DNA of 64,000 nucleotides from Clostridia bacterium (GCA_017455975.1 JAFTLK010000013.1:13362-77361), one strand, 5' to 3'; shown: positions 26,207 to 36,008, counted from the first letter of the stretch. Translations and numbers: made by a program. Notes: a model not told the origin generated them from the sequence alone.

Positions 26207-27763
26207 TTAAAGACTGTCGCTGTTGTCTGTATCTGCGGTGGCGGCGTCCGTTTTGCCGGAACGTCTGCGGCGCAGGCTGCCTTTTTCGTGCTTTTCTCCG
26301 TAGCTGCCGTAGCTGTAGCCGTAACCGTATCCATATCCGTAGCCATACCCGTAACCGTAACGGCCGTATCCGTAGCCGTACCCCTCGCGGTGCGGCGCGG
26401 AGCCGTTGATGATACAGCCGAGCAGGGTGGTGCCGGCTGAGGTCAGCGCATCAATGGAGGCCTGAATACGGGAAATGCGGATGGTATCCTCGCGGATGAC
26501 AAGCACCGTCGAATCGACGACCGATGCGATGGCGACCGGGTCTGAGGTCAGACCGAGCGGCGAGGTGTCCACGATGATGTAATCGTATTCGCGGCGGAGC
26601 GTTTCAAAAAAGTTGATCAGATGCTCGTACTTGAGAATGTTCCAGATGGCATTTTTGACGTGTGTATTGAAGCTCAGTACGGAAAGTGCGGTTGTATTGC
26701 TGATGTTGTACTTTGTGATGCGCAGCATTTTGGAGCGTGCGTCCTCGGCAGCAGCCTCCGGGATGCCGAGGCGTGCGCAGACATTCGGGTTCCTCAGATC
26801 GGCGTCGACCAGAATGACGTTTTTGTTCATCATGGCAAGCGACATGGCCAGGTTGACAGCAACCGTGGTCTTGCCCTCACCCGGTGCGGTGCTGGTGACC
26901 ATGACGACCTTATTCTGACCGAGAGCGCTGACCAGAGAGTTTCTGCCGGCACGCAGTGCTTCTTTGTATCCCTCACCGACCATTGGATTGGTGAGCAGGA
27001 TCTCGCGATTGATTTCTGTATTGTATTTTTTGAAAGAAACCTGAGGCAGCACGCCGATGCAGTGCTGATTCAGCTTTTCGCGCACATCGCGGCGGGATCG
27101 GACGGTCTTTCGCAGTACCGCATACAGAACGATCAGTGCGGCACCTGCCGCAAAGCCGGCAAGCGCACCCTTGAGCACCTGTGACCGATAGGCAAGTGCA
27201 TTGGAGGGGGCGGTTGGAATCTCGGGCTTATTGAGAATATACAGATTTGTATTGCCGATGACGTATTCCGCAACGGACGGGTAGTTTTCAATCAGAGACA
27301 GCAGTACATCGTATGTCTGCTGCGGGTCACGTCCCGTGGCGGTGACGGTAAACATGTTGGTACCGGAAACCGAGGTCGAGGACAGCGAGCAGGGGAAATA
27401 GGACAGACCGAGATCATTGCAGATGATGTCCTGCAGAATGTTGCTGCGGACGATGCTCGGGAAGGTCGACGCAAGCTGGGATGCCGTCGCACGGTTATAG
27501 GAGAATGAGTACGAGGTGATGCCCATACTGCCGTAGCGCATATCCTGCGTCTGGACGGTAAAGGTGACCGACGACTGGTAGACCGGAGAGAAGCGGACAT
27601 AACTGCGGTAGAACATGACCGCAGCGCCGACGACCGCGAGAATCAGGCAGAGCCACCAGAATTTTCGGAAGGCACGGAGAATTTCCGGAAGCCGGATCTC
27701 CAGATACCCCTCCTGCTCGTCATGGGAGCTGCTTGTTTCATTGTTGGTTTTGTGTTCATTCAT
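26207..27763 (-). CDS. fused Wzz-type chain-length-determinant / BY tyrosine kinase
   Basis: 518 aa. N-terminal TM plus Wzz region. Walker A is VTSTAPGEGKTTVAVNLA, with a DADLRNP block. C-terminal Tyr cluster GYGYGYGRYGYGYGYGYGYGYGYSYGSYG. Confidence 0.8.
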   Translation of the reverse strand: MNEHKTNNETSSSHDEQEGYLEIRLPEILRAFRKFWWLCLILAVVGAAVMFYRSYVRFSPVYQSSVTFTVQTQDMRYGSMGITSYSFSYNRATASQLASTFPSIVRSNILQDIICNDLGLSYFPCSLSSTSVSGTNMFTVTATGRDPQQTYDVLLSLIENYPSVAEYVIGNTNLYILNKPEIPTAPSNALAYRSQVLKGALAGFAAGAALIVLYAVLRKTVRSRRDVREKLNQHCIGVLPQVSFKKYNTEINREILLTNPMVGEGYKEALRAGRNSLVSALGQNKVVMVTSTAPGEGKTTVAVNLAMSLAMMNKNVILVDADLRNPNVCARLGIPEAAAEDARSKMLRITKYNISNTTALSVLSFNTHVKNAIWNILKYEHLINFFETLRREYDYIIVDTSPLGLTSDPVAIASVVDSTVLVIREDTIRISRIQASIDALTSAGTTLLGCIINGSAPHREGYGYGYGRYGYGYGYGYGYGYGYSYGSYGEKHEKGSLRRRRSGKTDAATADTDNSDSL

Positions 27764-27840
27764 AATCGTAACCGTAACGCCGTCTGACAGACGGTCGTCA
27801 GTTCCTTGCTTTGTGGAATGTTGGGAGTGATGGGGCCGCT

Positions 27841-29304
27841 TTATTTCTGCTCGTTTTCGCCTTTTGAGGAGTAGCGGCTGTAGTAGCTGTAATTCTTCCC
27901 GTAGCTGCCGTAGTAGCCGGTCTCATCCAGACCGAACTGACCGAGGAAAGAGAATTCCTTATGTACCGCGTTGAGAATACAGCCGGCAAAGGTATTGGTC
28001 TTTTCACGCAGCGAGAGGATGCTGTCGTTGATGTCGGCCGCATAAACGCAGTCGGTGCGGACAACAACAAACGACTTGTCAGCAAAGCGCATGAACGTCG
28101 TGACATCGGCGGCAACCGAAAGCGGCGGGGTATCGATGAGAATGTAATCAAATCCGGCATCATCACGGAGCCGACGGAATATCTCCGATACACGGTCCTC
28201 GTAGATCCAGTTGACGTAATTGCTGTGGTTCTTGGAGTTGACAGCCAGCGCGACGTTGGTGTTTTTGTACGTTCTGAAACGGTATTCGTTCAAGGGGGTC
28301 TCGCCGATCAGCAGAGAGGCGAAATCCGGGCTGCCGTCGCGTTCCAGCTCGAAAATTTTATGAATGGCCGGCTTTTTGAAGTCCATATCCAGAAGTGCCA
28401 CACGGTTCCCGCGTTCGGCCAGTGCCAGTGCGATGTTGGCGATCGTTGTGGATTTGCCTTCGTTTTCCGCGATGCTGGTGACAAGGAAGACCTTTGCGTT
28501 TTCCGTACGGTGCATATATTCAAAACGGTTGGCGATCTTATGGAAGTTCTCCGCGAACTGGTGGCTGGTGCTCGGGTTGGTGGTCAGAAGCGAGACCTTC
28601 TCGCCCGACAGTATCTTTTTCAGCGTCTTTCCTGCGCGTTCATGCTGCACCGTTCCGACCAGCTTTGCGTCGATCTTTGTTTTGAACGATGCCTCGTCCT
28701 TGATGGTATCACGCATGACCGAGAGATAGACGATCAGCGCAAGCACAAGTGCGGCACAGCCGAAGACGGCCAGCGTCTTGTTGCGTTCGGAAATGGTATT
28801 GGACGGAGAGGAGGGGAGATTCGGTGAGCGCATGATCTCGATGACGGAGTCGGAGAAGACGACCTCGGAGATCTGCGGATAGACCTCAAGGATGGCGCAC
28901 AGCTCCCGGTAAGAGGTCTCCGGCGAGGAGGTCGTGACGCTGACGGTGAAGATGTTGGTGTTGTCCAGCACCGAGGAGGAAACGCTGCCTTCAAACCGGT
29001 CTGCGCCGAGATGGGAGGCTGCATACTGCTTCATCGTCGACTGCTTGAAGACCTCGGTGAAGATTTCCGCCATTTCGGATGAGGAGGACAGGTTGGTATA
29101 GGAATATGTGGCGGAATTGCGGATGTTTACAAGCAGCGTTGCCGTACTGGTATACATCGGCGTATGCATGCTGTGGTTCCAGATATTGACCGTCATCAGG
29201 CCGATCAGCGCAGCCAGCAGGATGACCCACAGGTTCAGAACAATATCCCGGATCAGGCTGTACGGCTCAATGTGCGGCGCGTTTTTGTTTTCGTAATCGT
29301 TCAT
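27841..29304 (-). CDS. fused Wzz-type chain-length-determinant / BY tyrosine kinase (second copy)
   Basis: 487 aa. TM plus Wzz region. Walker A is VTSIAENEGKSTTIANIA, with a DMDFKKP block. Tyr-rich tail GYYGSYGKNYSYYSRYSS. Confidence 0.8.
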   Translation of the reverse strand: MNDYENKNAPHIEPYSLIRDIVLNLWVILLAALIGLMTVNIWNHSMHTPMYTSTATLLVNIRNSATYSYTNLSSSSEMAEIFTEVFKQSTMKQYAASHLGADRFEGSVSSSVLDNTNIFTVSVTTSSPETSYRELCAILEVYPQISEVVFSDSVIEIMRSPNLPSSPSNTISERNKTLAVFGCAALVLALIVYLSVMRDTIKDEASFKTKIDAKLVGTVQHERAGKTLKKILSGEKVSLLTTNPSTSHQFAENFHKIANRFEYMHRTENAKVFLVTSIAENEGKSTTIANIALALAERGNRVALLDMDFKKPAIHKIFELERDGSPDFASLLIGETPLNEYRFRTYKNTNVALAVNSKNHSNYVNWIYEDRVSEIFRRLRDDAGFDYILIDTPPLSVAADVTTFMRFADKSFVVVRTDCVYAADINDSILSLREKTNTFAGCILNAVHKEFSFLGQFGLDETGYYGSYGKNYSYYSRYSSKGENEQK

Positions 29305-29344
29305 GTTTTTGTATCCATTCTATGCGGCATCGGACTGTGCCGGA

Positions 29345-30160
29345 TTATTCCTCAACAACGACCGTCAGGATCTCGTGTCCGGTGCGGTCAAACTGGTCAG
29401 TCACGCGGTAATGTACCTCATACATGCCCGGGGCCGCAGTATCGAGATTGGTGTCGATCTGTACATCGGCCAGAACATTCTGCCCCTGAGCATTCCGCGC
29501 GGAGACGATGTTTGCGGCGGTATCATAGGTATCGCCTGCATGCAGGTAAACCAGGTATTCGTTCAGCTCGATCTTCGGCGCGGACAGGCTCAGATCCTCA
29601 ACGTAAACAGGCAGCTGCAGCGCGATGCGGTCTCCCTTGCTGTTTGCGACCTTGGCCTGGATATAGAAAACACCGGCGACATTGGAGGAGTATTCGTTTG
29701 CCGTGATGATGACCTTGCTGCTGATATCGCCGTCGATCAGATCCTGTGCTCCGAGCAGGTTGCGGATGTTGATGTTCTGCGAAATACCGAAGATCAGAGA
29801 ATCGGACAGTGTGAACTTCGGCGGCTCATAATTGGAATATATAATTTTTCGCTGTGCCGAGGAGGCATGGTTATCGTTGTCGCAGACGGCATACTTGATG
29901 ACCGAAACACCGGGTTCGCTGAAGCGGGAGATGGATTCGATGATGATCTTATGTGTCAGATCGCCGTCCTTTTCGTCATACGCGGTGACACCCTGCAGCA
30001 GCTCCTCCTCGGTTGCGTCGAGGCTGACGGTGAGCATTTCGCCGTCGATGGTGATCTTCGGGACGGTACGGTCGGCGCTCATCTGCTGGATCCGGAACAG
30101 GATGAAAACGATCAGCACCAGAACAAATAAAACGGAAACGCATAAGCGGAGAATCTTCAT
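29345..30160 (-). CDS. membrane-anchored protein with Ig-like (DUF5011/HYR-like) repeats, function unknown
   Basis: N-terminal TM helix ILRLCVSVLFVLVLIVFILF followed by two or three repeats of about 80 aa ending in patterns like GxYxVxYxVxD. Confidence 0.45.
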   Translation of the reverse strand: MKILRLCVSVLFVLVLIVFILFRIQQMSADRTVPKITIDGEMLTVSLDATEEELLQGVTAYDEKDGDLTHKIIIESISRFSEPGVSVIKYAVCDNDNHASSAQRKIIYSNYEPPKFTLSDSLIFGISQNINIRNLLGAQDLIDGDISSKVIITANEYSSNVAGVFYIQAKVANSKGDRIALQLPVYVEDLSLSAPKIELNEYLVYLHAGDTYDTAANIVSARNAQGQNVLADVQIDTNLDTAAPGMYEVHYRVTDQFDRTGHEILTVVVEE

Positions 30161-30269
30161 GAATGTGCGACTCCTGTCACAAAAATAATATCGGTATACA
30201 CAAAGCGGATTCCGGTGTCGTTTGTCCCGAAAAGGAATTCTGCGCCGGAGAAATGTCCGCTACTTAATT

Positions 30270-30298
30270 ATTATATCACAATCGTGTGACTTTGTCAA
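30270..30298 (-). promoter_or_regulatory. sigma-70-type promoter of the 30160->24109 operon
   Basis: On the minus strand: TTGACA (30298-30293), 17 nt, TATAAT (30275-30270). Exact consensus. Confidence 0.65.
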
Positions 30299-30422
30299 CC
30301 GAATATCGGCGGTATTTGACGAATGCGGGGATGAAATATCCGGTAATTTCAGGGTAATTTCAGGGCGGTTTCGAAGCCGTCCGGGCGGTATGATTTTGTC
30401 CGTTCTTATTGCGGATTTGTGC

Positions 30423-30451
30423 TTGCAATTCTCATCCGGCTGTGATATAAT
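30423..30451 (+). promoter_or_regulatory. sigma-70-type promoter of the beta-helix gene
   Basis: TTGCAA (30423-30428), 17 nt, TATAAT (30446-30451). Confidence 0.55.
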
Positions 30452-30483
30452 GAGAAAAACAGTTCTCAAAGGAGGATATCATC

Positions 30484-32190
30484 ATGGCAAAAACAATTTA
30501 TCTTGCGGACTGCGGCATTCTGCCCGACAGCGGCGTTGATTGCTCCGCAGCGCTGCAGGCAGTTTTGGACGGTATTTCCTATGACGGTGAGGAGGTTACC
30601 GTCATGTTCAAGCGGGGAACCTATCGGATTTTCCGTCCTGTTTCTATCCGCGGTGCAAAGCATCTGACGGTGCGCGGTACCGCCTCCACCATTCTGGCAC
30701 ACTTTGACCCGACAGCACCGATCTCCGCCAATAATAATGTGTTTCTGTTAAATGACTGCGACGACATTGCGTTCCACGATCTTTTCTTTGACACCGACAA
30801 TCCCATCGGCGCGGCGGGACGCATCACCGCCATCAACCGCGAGGCAGGATATGCAGATTTGCAGATTTACGACGAATTTCCCGTCACCGGATTTGAGCAT
30901 TTCTGTGCCACCAACAGCTTTGACGAAAAAGGCTCTCCCGACTATGCGCTGACCTCGTATCACAATACGCCTGTGGAGCAGGTCTTCTGCGCACCCGACG
31001 GCACAGAGCAGAAGCGTCTGGTCGGTCTTGACTATGACGTCATCGGCGATCATCTGGTGCGCCTGAAGCTCGGCCGGATCCAGCCGGAGCTGACCGTCGG
31101 ACATCAGATCAATATCCGTTACGAGATCTACGGCAACTCGATCTTCTATTTTACTTCCTGCCGCCGTGTCCTGCTCAAGGACATTATTATCTACAGTGCC
31201 GCGAGCTTCGGCGCAACCATCAGCCCGCGCAGTGAGGACTTCACCTTTGACAACTTCTGCATCCGTGTGCCGGACGGCTCCACCCGTCTGAAGGCGGCCA
31301 ATGCGGACGGCATCCATGCGCTCGGTCTGGCGGGCAAGCTGGTTCTGCGCAACTGCAATATGGAGGGCATGGGCGACGATACGCTGAACATCCACGGTAC
31401 CGCCGGCGGTATTCACGTGCTGGACACCGAGGAGAAGACCGTGACCATGATCTGTCCGCGCCGTCATGAGGTACATCCGCTGCCGCGCGGCTGGGCAAAA
31501 CCGGGCGACACCATCTATGTCTACGATTCCGACACGTTTTTGCAGAAGGGTTCGTTTGTCATCGACACCGTAGACGAGAACAACAACGCACATTACCGGG
31601 ATGAGACGGGAGAACTCGCGGTCGGCGATACGCTTGCCAATGCCGAATATTTTGCATCCCTGCACATCGACGGCTGTACCGTGCGCAACACCCGCGCCCG
31701 CGGCTTCCTTGTGCAGACGCACGACGTTCTGATCGAGAACAGCTATATCTACGGCATGTCGCTGGCGGCACTCTTGTTTGCACCCGATATCCGCGTCTGG
31801 TGGGAGGTCGGTCCGTCAAAGAACGTCGAGATCCGCAACAACGTCATCGAGCACTGCGCGCATATCCGCAGCGGTGCCAATCAGGGCGCGATCATCTTCA
31901 AGGCATGCCACGACGGCAATACCGTTGAATATCCCGCCGGTGTTCATGAAAATCTGTATATCCACGACAACCGCTTCATCGACATTCCGCAGAGTGCGAT
32001 TTTCGTCTCCTCCGCAAAGAATGTCCGCATTGAAAACAATACCTTCACGCATTGCTGCCACAACCCGCAGGATCCGGCTGAATATGCAAAGTATGACATC
32101 GTTGCCGCCAACTGTGAAAACGTCACACTGGCGGGCAATGTTTCCGACCGCGGAGAGGAGACGCTGCAGATTCTGGTGGACTGCAAATAA
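30484..32190 (+). CDS. right-handed parallel beta-helix (pectate-lyase fold) protein, putative polysaccharide-active enzyme
   Basis: 568 aa. N-terminal 'ADCGILPDSGVDCSAALQAVLD' is typical of pectate_lyase_3/GH28-related proteins. Repeated NxxIxxC / IxNN coils. No signal peptide seen. Confidence 0.55.
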   Translation: MAKTIYLADCGILPDSGVDCSAALQAVLDGISYDGEEVTVMFKRGTYRIFRPVSIRGAKHLTVRGTASTILAHFDPTAPISANNNVFLLNDCDDIAFHDLFFDTDNPIGAAGRITAINREAGYADLQIYDEFPVTGFEHFCATNSFDEKGSPDYALTSYHNTPVEQVFCAPDGTEQKRLVGLDYDVIGDHLVRLKLGRIQPELTVGHQINIRYEIYGNSIFYFTSCRRVLLKDIIIYSAASFGATISPRSEDFTFDNFCIRVPDGSTRLKAANADGIHALGLAGKLVLRNCNMEGMGDDTLNIHGTAGGIHVLDTEEKTVTMICPRRHEVHPLPRGWAKPGDTIYVYDSDTFLQKGSFVIDTVDENNNAHYRDETGELAVGDTLANAEYFASLHIDGCTVRNTRARGFLVQTHDVLIENSYIYGMSLAALLFAPDIRVWWEVGPSKNVEIRNNVIEHCAHIRSGANQGAIIFKACHDGNTVEYPAGVHENLYIHDNRFIDIPQSAIFVSSAKNVRIENNTFTHCCHNPQDPAEYAKYDIVAANCENVTLAGNVSDRGEETLQILVDCK

Positions 32191-32244
32191 ACGGTTTTTT
32201 GTAATGCGGTGCAGGGCATAACACCGTCATCCGATGCACAATAT

Positions 32245-32290
32245 AAGCACACAGCCGATTGGTTTTCCACAAGCTGTGTGCTTTCTGTTT
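32245..32290 (+). terminator. rho-independent terminator of the beta-helix gene
   Basis: Stem AAGCACACAGC (32245-32255) / GCTGTGTGCTT (32273-32283) followed by a T-rich run. Confidence 0.65.
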
Positions 32291-32375
32291 CATGCATGAA
32301 ATACATGGCCGTATTCCTTTATCAATGTGTCGGCCAGCAGCTTGCATCCTACGGCATTGGGATGAGCACCACAAT

Positions 32376-32627
32376 ATAGCTGCATTCACCGCCGACAAAA
32401 AAGTACAGCTCACAGAAGTTATGGGAAAGCACGATATGCCGGCTCTGCATCGGGAGCTTCTGGAAATCTGGCTGCGTGCGTACTGCGACAGTTTCGATAA
32501 ATTACCCTTCGGGCAGGAATTTGATCCGATCACAGGGGAACCGAGTGAGGCCGCGCCGTGGTACTCATCAGCAATGCTGCTCTTCCTGCGCGGACTTGAT
32601 GAACTGGAACGCGCAAATCAGGAATGA
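32376..32627 (+). pseudogene. C-terminal remnant of an (alpha/alpha)6-barrel glycosidase-like gene (GH63/MGH1-like)
   Basis: Only the last ~80 codons look protein-like (LLEIWLRAYCDSFDKLPFGQEFDPITGEPSEAAPWYSSAMLLFLRGL). The upstream part of the ORF overlaps a terminator hairpin. No start or RBS. Confidence 0.35.
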
Positions 32628-32666
32628 TCCGCCGATGACCGTTCACGAAATACAAGGATAACAAAA

Positions 32667-32706
32667 AAGTGGTTGCTGCAAGCTGAAAACTTGTGGCAAC
32701 CACTTT
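32667..32706. terminator. bidirectional terminator hairpin
   Basis: Stem AAGTGGTTGC / GCAACCACTT with an A tract on the left and TTGTGTGTTT on the right, between convergent genes. Confidence 0.6.
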
Positions 32707-32721
32707 GTGTGTTTGCAAACG

Positions 32722-33921
32722 TTATTGGAACACCCAGTATCCGTCAAGCTCGTCCAGTGTTCCAAAGGTATACCCTTGGGCAATCAGATAATCAAGAATT
32801 TGCGGAAGTGCTTCCACGGTTTCATCCGCAGTATCATGCATCAGCATGATCTTGGGTGTTGTGGGACTCCAACTCAGGCTGTTCAGCGTCACAACGGTGG
32901 ATTCCAGCAGATATTCCACCAGTGTCTGATCCTCGGTCATACCGTTGAGGTAGCGGTCGTTGTTGGCGCATGTCCAGTCTATGGCGTAATAGCCGGCATC
33001 GGTGATCGCCCAGAAGATCTCCTCGTAGCGGAGCTTGTCCATATAGTAGGTGGTCGAGCCTCCGGGGAAGCGGAAGCAGATCTTTTCGGGAAGTGCGGCA
33101 CCGCTTTTCACCACGGCCTCCTCCCATGCATGGATCTCATCGAGCACGGATTCCGCCGACGCATACAGCGACAGATAATCATGGGAATATGAATGGCACG
33201 CCAGCAGGTGTCCGGCATCGGAGATCGCCCTGGTGCGCTCCTGATAATGGGAAACGTACATGCCGAGCGTGAAGAAGGTTGCGCGGACATCGTATTCATC
33301 GAGAATCTCAAGCACGCGGTCGGTGTTCGGATGCGGGCCGTCGTCAAAGGTCAGATAAATCCGCTTTTCGTCGACGGCAAGGGCATTGGTTTTGTAACGG
33401 ACACCGAGGCTTGCGACGACCTCGACCGGATATGCGGGATTGATATGGCAATAGGTATCGTCCACCACGCCGTAGAAGTGTACCGTGATGACCGTTCCCG
33501 CCGGATGGTCGGCGGAATACTGCTCGCGGACGGTATAGGAAATGCCTGCATCATCCAACAGCCCCAGTGCTTCCGTAAGCGTTTTTTTCCCCATGCGCGG
33601 AACGGCAATGCGGGTGGGTGCAGACGGTGCTTCGGTTTCATCGGGCGGTGGGGGTGTCTGTGTTTCCGTCGGCACTGCGGTCGTGGGCGGGAGGAGCATT
33701 TCCGTGGGCACGGTGGTTTCCGTTGGGGGGATGGACTGTTCTGCCGTCGTCGGCGGTTCTGCGTCGGATACGGATGCAGCCGTGAGCATGGTATCGGCCG
33801 GTTCGGCATCGGCATGCAGCCGGGCATCGGACAGCGTGCAGGCACAAAGCAATATCGCTGCAAGCATTGGCAGCAGGATCCGTGCGGCGTTTTTCAGCCG
33901 GAATATGCGCATTGTACCCAC
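32722..33921 (-). CDS. polysaccharide deacetylase (CE4, NodB homology) lipoprotein with a PASTA-like domain
   Basis: Lipobox AAILLCAC. Pro/Thr-rich linker. NodB motif IYLTFDDGPHPNTDRVLEIL followed by HSYSH. Confidence 0.75.
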   Translation of the reverse strand: MGTMRIFRLKNAARILLPMLAAILLCACTLSDARLHADAEPADTMLTAASVSDAEPPTTAEQSIPPTETTVPTEMLLPPTTAVPTETQTPPPPDETEAPSAPTRIAVPRMGKKTLTEALGLLDDAGISYTVREQYSADHPAGTVITVHFYGVVDDTYCHINPAYPVEVVASLGVRYKTNALAVDEKRIYLTFDDGPHPNTDRVLEILDEYDVRATFFTLGMYVSHYQERTRAISDAGHLLACHSYSHDYLSLYASAESVLDEIHAWEEAVVKSGAALPEKICFRFPGGSTTYYMDKLRYEEIFWAITDAGYYAIDWTCANNDRYLNGMTEDQTLVEYLLESTVVTLNSLSWSPTTPKIMLMHDTADETVEALPQILDYLIAQGYTFGTLDELDGYWVFQ

Positions 33922-34070
33922 CTCCGTTTCCCCGGTTAATCCGATGTTTGATTACAGTATCATTTTACACGTTTTGTCGGATTTTGTCAAGTGAATTTTT
34001 ACGGTTTTCCGGTCCGTGCGGTGTACGGTGGAAACCGCATCTGCAGCCGACGGAAAATTTGCAAAAAACC

Positions 34071-34099
34071 TTGACAGGAGAGGGAAAATGTTATATAAT
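34071..34099 (+). promoter_or_regulatory. sigma-70-type promoter of proS
   Basis: TTGACA (34071-34076), 17 nt, TATAAT (34094-34099). Exact consensus, about 45-nt leader. Confidence 0.7.
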
Positions 34100-34149
34100 T
34101 ATTTGTATATAACATCAAAATCTGATTCCGGAAGGAGAAAACAATAGAT

Positions 34150-35586
34150 ATGGCAAACGACAAGAAACTCGTTGAACAGATCACGTCCATGGACGAGGAT
34201 TTTGTTCAATGGTACACCGACATTGTAAAGAAGGCAGACCTCATTGATTATTCTTCGGTCAAGGGCTGCATGATCATCCGTCCCTACGGCTACGCCATCT
34301 GGGAAAACATCCAGTCCATTCTGGACAAGCGCTTCAAGGAGCTCGGCCATGAAAATGTCTACATGCCGATGTTCATCCCGGAGACCCTGCTCAACAAGGA
34401 AAAGGATCACGTCGAAGGCTTCGCGCCCGAAGTTGCATGGGTCACCCACGGCGGCTCCGAACCGCTCGGCGAGCGTCTCTGTGTCCGTCCGACCTCCGAG
34501 ACCCTGTTCTGTGAACATTACGCAAACCTGATCCGCTCCTGGCGCGATCTGCCCAAGCTCTATAACCAGTGGTGCTCTGTCGTCCGCTGGGAAAAGAACA
34601 CCCGCCCGTTCCTGCGCACCAGAGAATTCCTCTGGCAGGAAGGTCACACCATGCACGCAACCGCAGAAGAAGCAGAAGCAGAAACGCTGCAGATGCTCGA
34701 GGTCTATGCAAACTTCTACGAACAGTGCCTTGCTATCCCGGTTGTCCGCGGCCGCAAGACCGAAAAGGAAAAGTTTGCAGGTGCACTTGCAACCTATACC
34801 GTGGAAGCGATGATGCACGACGGTAAGGCGCTGCAGGGTGCAACGTCCCACAACTTCGGCGACGGCTTTGCACATGCATTTGACATCAAGTATCTTGACA
34901 AAGACAACCAGCTGAAGTACTGCCACCAGACCTCCTGGGGTATCACGACCCGTACCATCGGTGCGCTGATCATGGCACACGGCGACAACAACGGTCTTGT
35001 TCTCCCGCCGGCTGTCGCGCCGATTCAGGTCATTGTCGTTCCGGTTCAGCAGCACAAGGAAGGTGTTCTTGACAAGGCAAACGAAGTGACAAACAAGATC
35101 AATTCCTTTGTCCGTGCAAAGATCGACGATTCCGACAACACGCCCGGCTGGAAGTTCGCACAGTACGAAATGAAGGGTGTTCCGCTGCGTCTGGAGCTCG
35201 GTCCGAAGGACATCGCCAACAACCAGTGTGTCCTCGTCCGCCGCGACAACCGCCAGAAGTATTTCGTTTCCCTCGATGAACTGGAGACCGAGATTCCGAA
35301 GATCCTCGCAGAGCTCAATGAAGCACTCTACAACGCAGCGCTTGAGCGCCGTTCCGCGATGACCTACACCGTCGAAAATCTCGATGAGATGATCGAAGTT
35401 GCAAAGGAAAAGCCCGGCTTCATCCGTGCAATGTGGTGCGGTGAGCTCGAATGTGAACTGAAACTCAAGGAAGTGGCAGAGGTTTCCTCCCGCTGCATGC
35501 CGTTCGGCGAAGAAGGCTTCGGCGACAAGTGTGTCTGCTGCGGCAAGCCCGCCAAGCACCTCGTCTACTGGGGCAAGGCATATTAA
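34150..35586 (+). CDS. proS: proline--tRNA ligase (archaeal/eukaryotic-type class II)
   Basis: 478 aa. Blocks [35 protein letters not shown] and QTSWGITTR, with the C-terminal Zn-binding CCGKPA...YWGKAY. Confidence 0.9.
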   Translation: MANDKKLVEQITSMDEDFVQWYTDIVKKADLIDYSSVKGCMIIRPYGYAIWENIQSILDKRFKELGHENVYMPMFIPETLLNKEKDHVEGFAPEVAWVTHGGSEPLGERLCVRPTSETLFCEHYANLIRSWRDLPKLYNQWCSVVRWEKNTRPFLRTREFLWQEGHTMHATAEEAEAETLQMLEVYANFYEQCLAIPVVRGRKTEKEKFAGALATYTVEAMMHDGKALQGATSHNFGDGFAHAFDIKYLDKDNQLKYCHQTSWGITTRTIGALIMAHGDNNGLVLPPAVAPIQVIVVPVQQHKEGVLDKANEVTNKINSFVRAKIDDSDNTPGWKFAQYEMKGVPLRLELGPKDIANNQCVLVRRDNRQKYFVSLDELETEIPKILAELNEALYNAALERRSAMTYTVENLDEMIEVAKEKPGFIRAMWCGELECELKLKEVAEVSSRCMPFGEEGFGDKCVCCGKPAKHLVYWGKAY

Positions 35587-35632
35587 CCTACTTTTTCTTG
35601 AAAGCCCTACTTTTTCTTGAAAGAAAAAGTAG

Positions 35633-35882
35633 GCAAAAAGAACTTTTTTCGTCGGATATTTATTGGCTGGATTGTCATGTTATACCACGAAACAAGTTGA
35701 TATTCTGCACTTCACCAGAAACAAAGCAAAAAGAACTTTTTTCGTCGGCTTTTTCTTGATTTTATTTTCGCGTTTTCCCACGAAACAGGTTGATATTCTG
35801 CATTTTACCAAAAAACAGGCAAAAAGAACTTTTTTCGTCGGGTATTTCTTGATTATATTTTCACGTTTTCCCACGAAACAGG
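35633..35882. repeat. 93-bp tandem repeat, about 2.7 copies
   Basis: GCAAAAAGAACTTTTTTCGTCGG starts at 35633, 35726 and 35819. Units share ...CCACGAAACA(A/G)GTTGATATTCTGCA... . The third copy is truncated. Confidence 0.85.
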
Positions 35883-35896
35883 GTGTTACTTCCAAG

Positions 35897-35950
35897 GCTC
35901 CCTCCCCGAGGGAGCTGTCAGCCGAATGCTTTCGGCTGACTGAGGGAGTT
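35897..35950. repeat. REP-like double-hairpin element
   Basis: GCTCCCTccccgAGGGAGC followed by GTCAGCCGAAtgctTTCGGCTGAC and then TGAGGGAG. Confidence 0.6.
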
Positions 35951-35970
35951 ATCCTTGATGTACAACCATT

Positions 35971-36008
35971 TTCCGCGGCGGCATCCTCTGCTTGCCGCGG
36001 AATTTTTC
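35971..36008 (+). terminator. rho-independent terminator
   Basis: Stem TTCCGCGGC (35971-35979) / GCCGCGGAA (35994-36002) followed by TTTTT. Confidence 0.7.

Noticed and set aside
26280-26400. The hexanucleotide-periodic DNA encoding the (GY)n tail, considered as a slippage-prone microsatellite or phase-variation site
   Set aside because: The codons are varied (gta gcc gta acc gta tcc ata tcc ...), so there is no perfect tandem DNA repeat longer than one or two units. The periodicity is at the protein level.
33940-34149. A possible T-box riboswitch upstream of proS
   Set aside because: The exact consensus promoter at 34071-34099 leaves a leader of only about 45 nt. I could not find a specifier loop or the T-box sequence, or a terminator/antiterminator pair.
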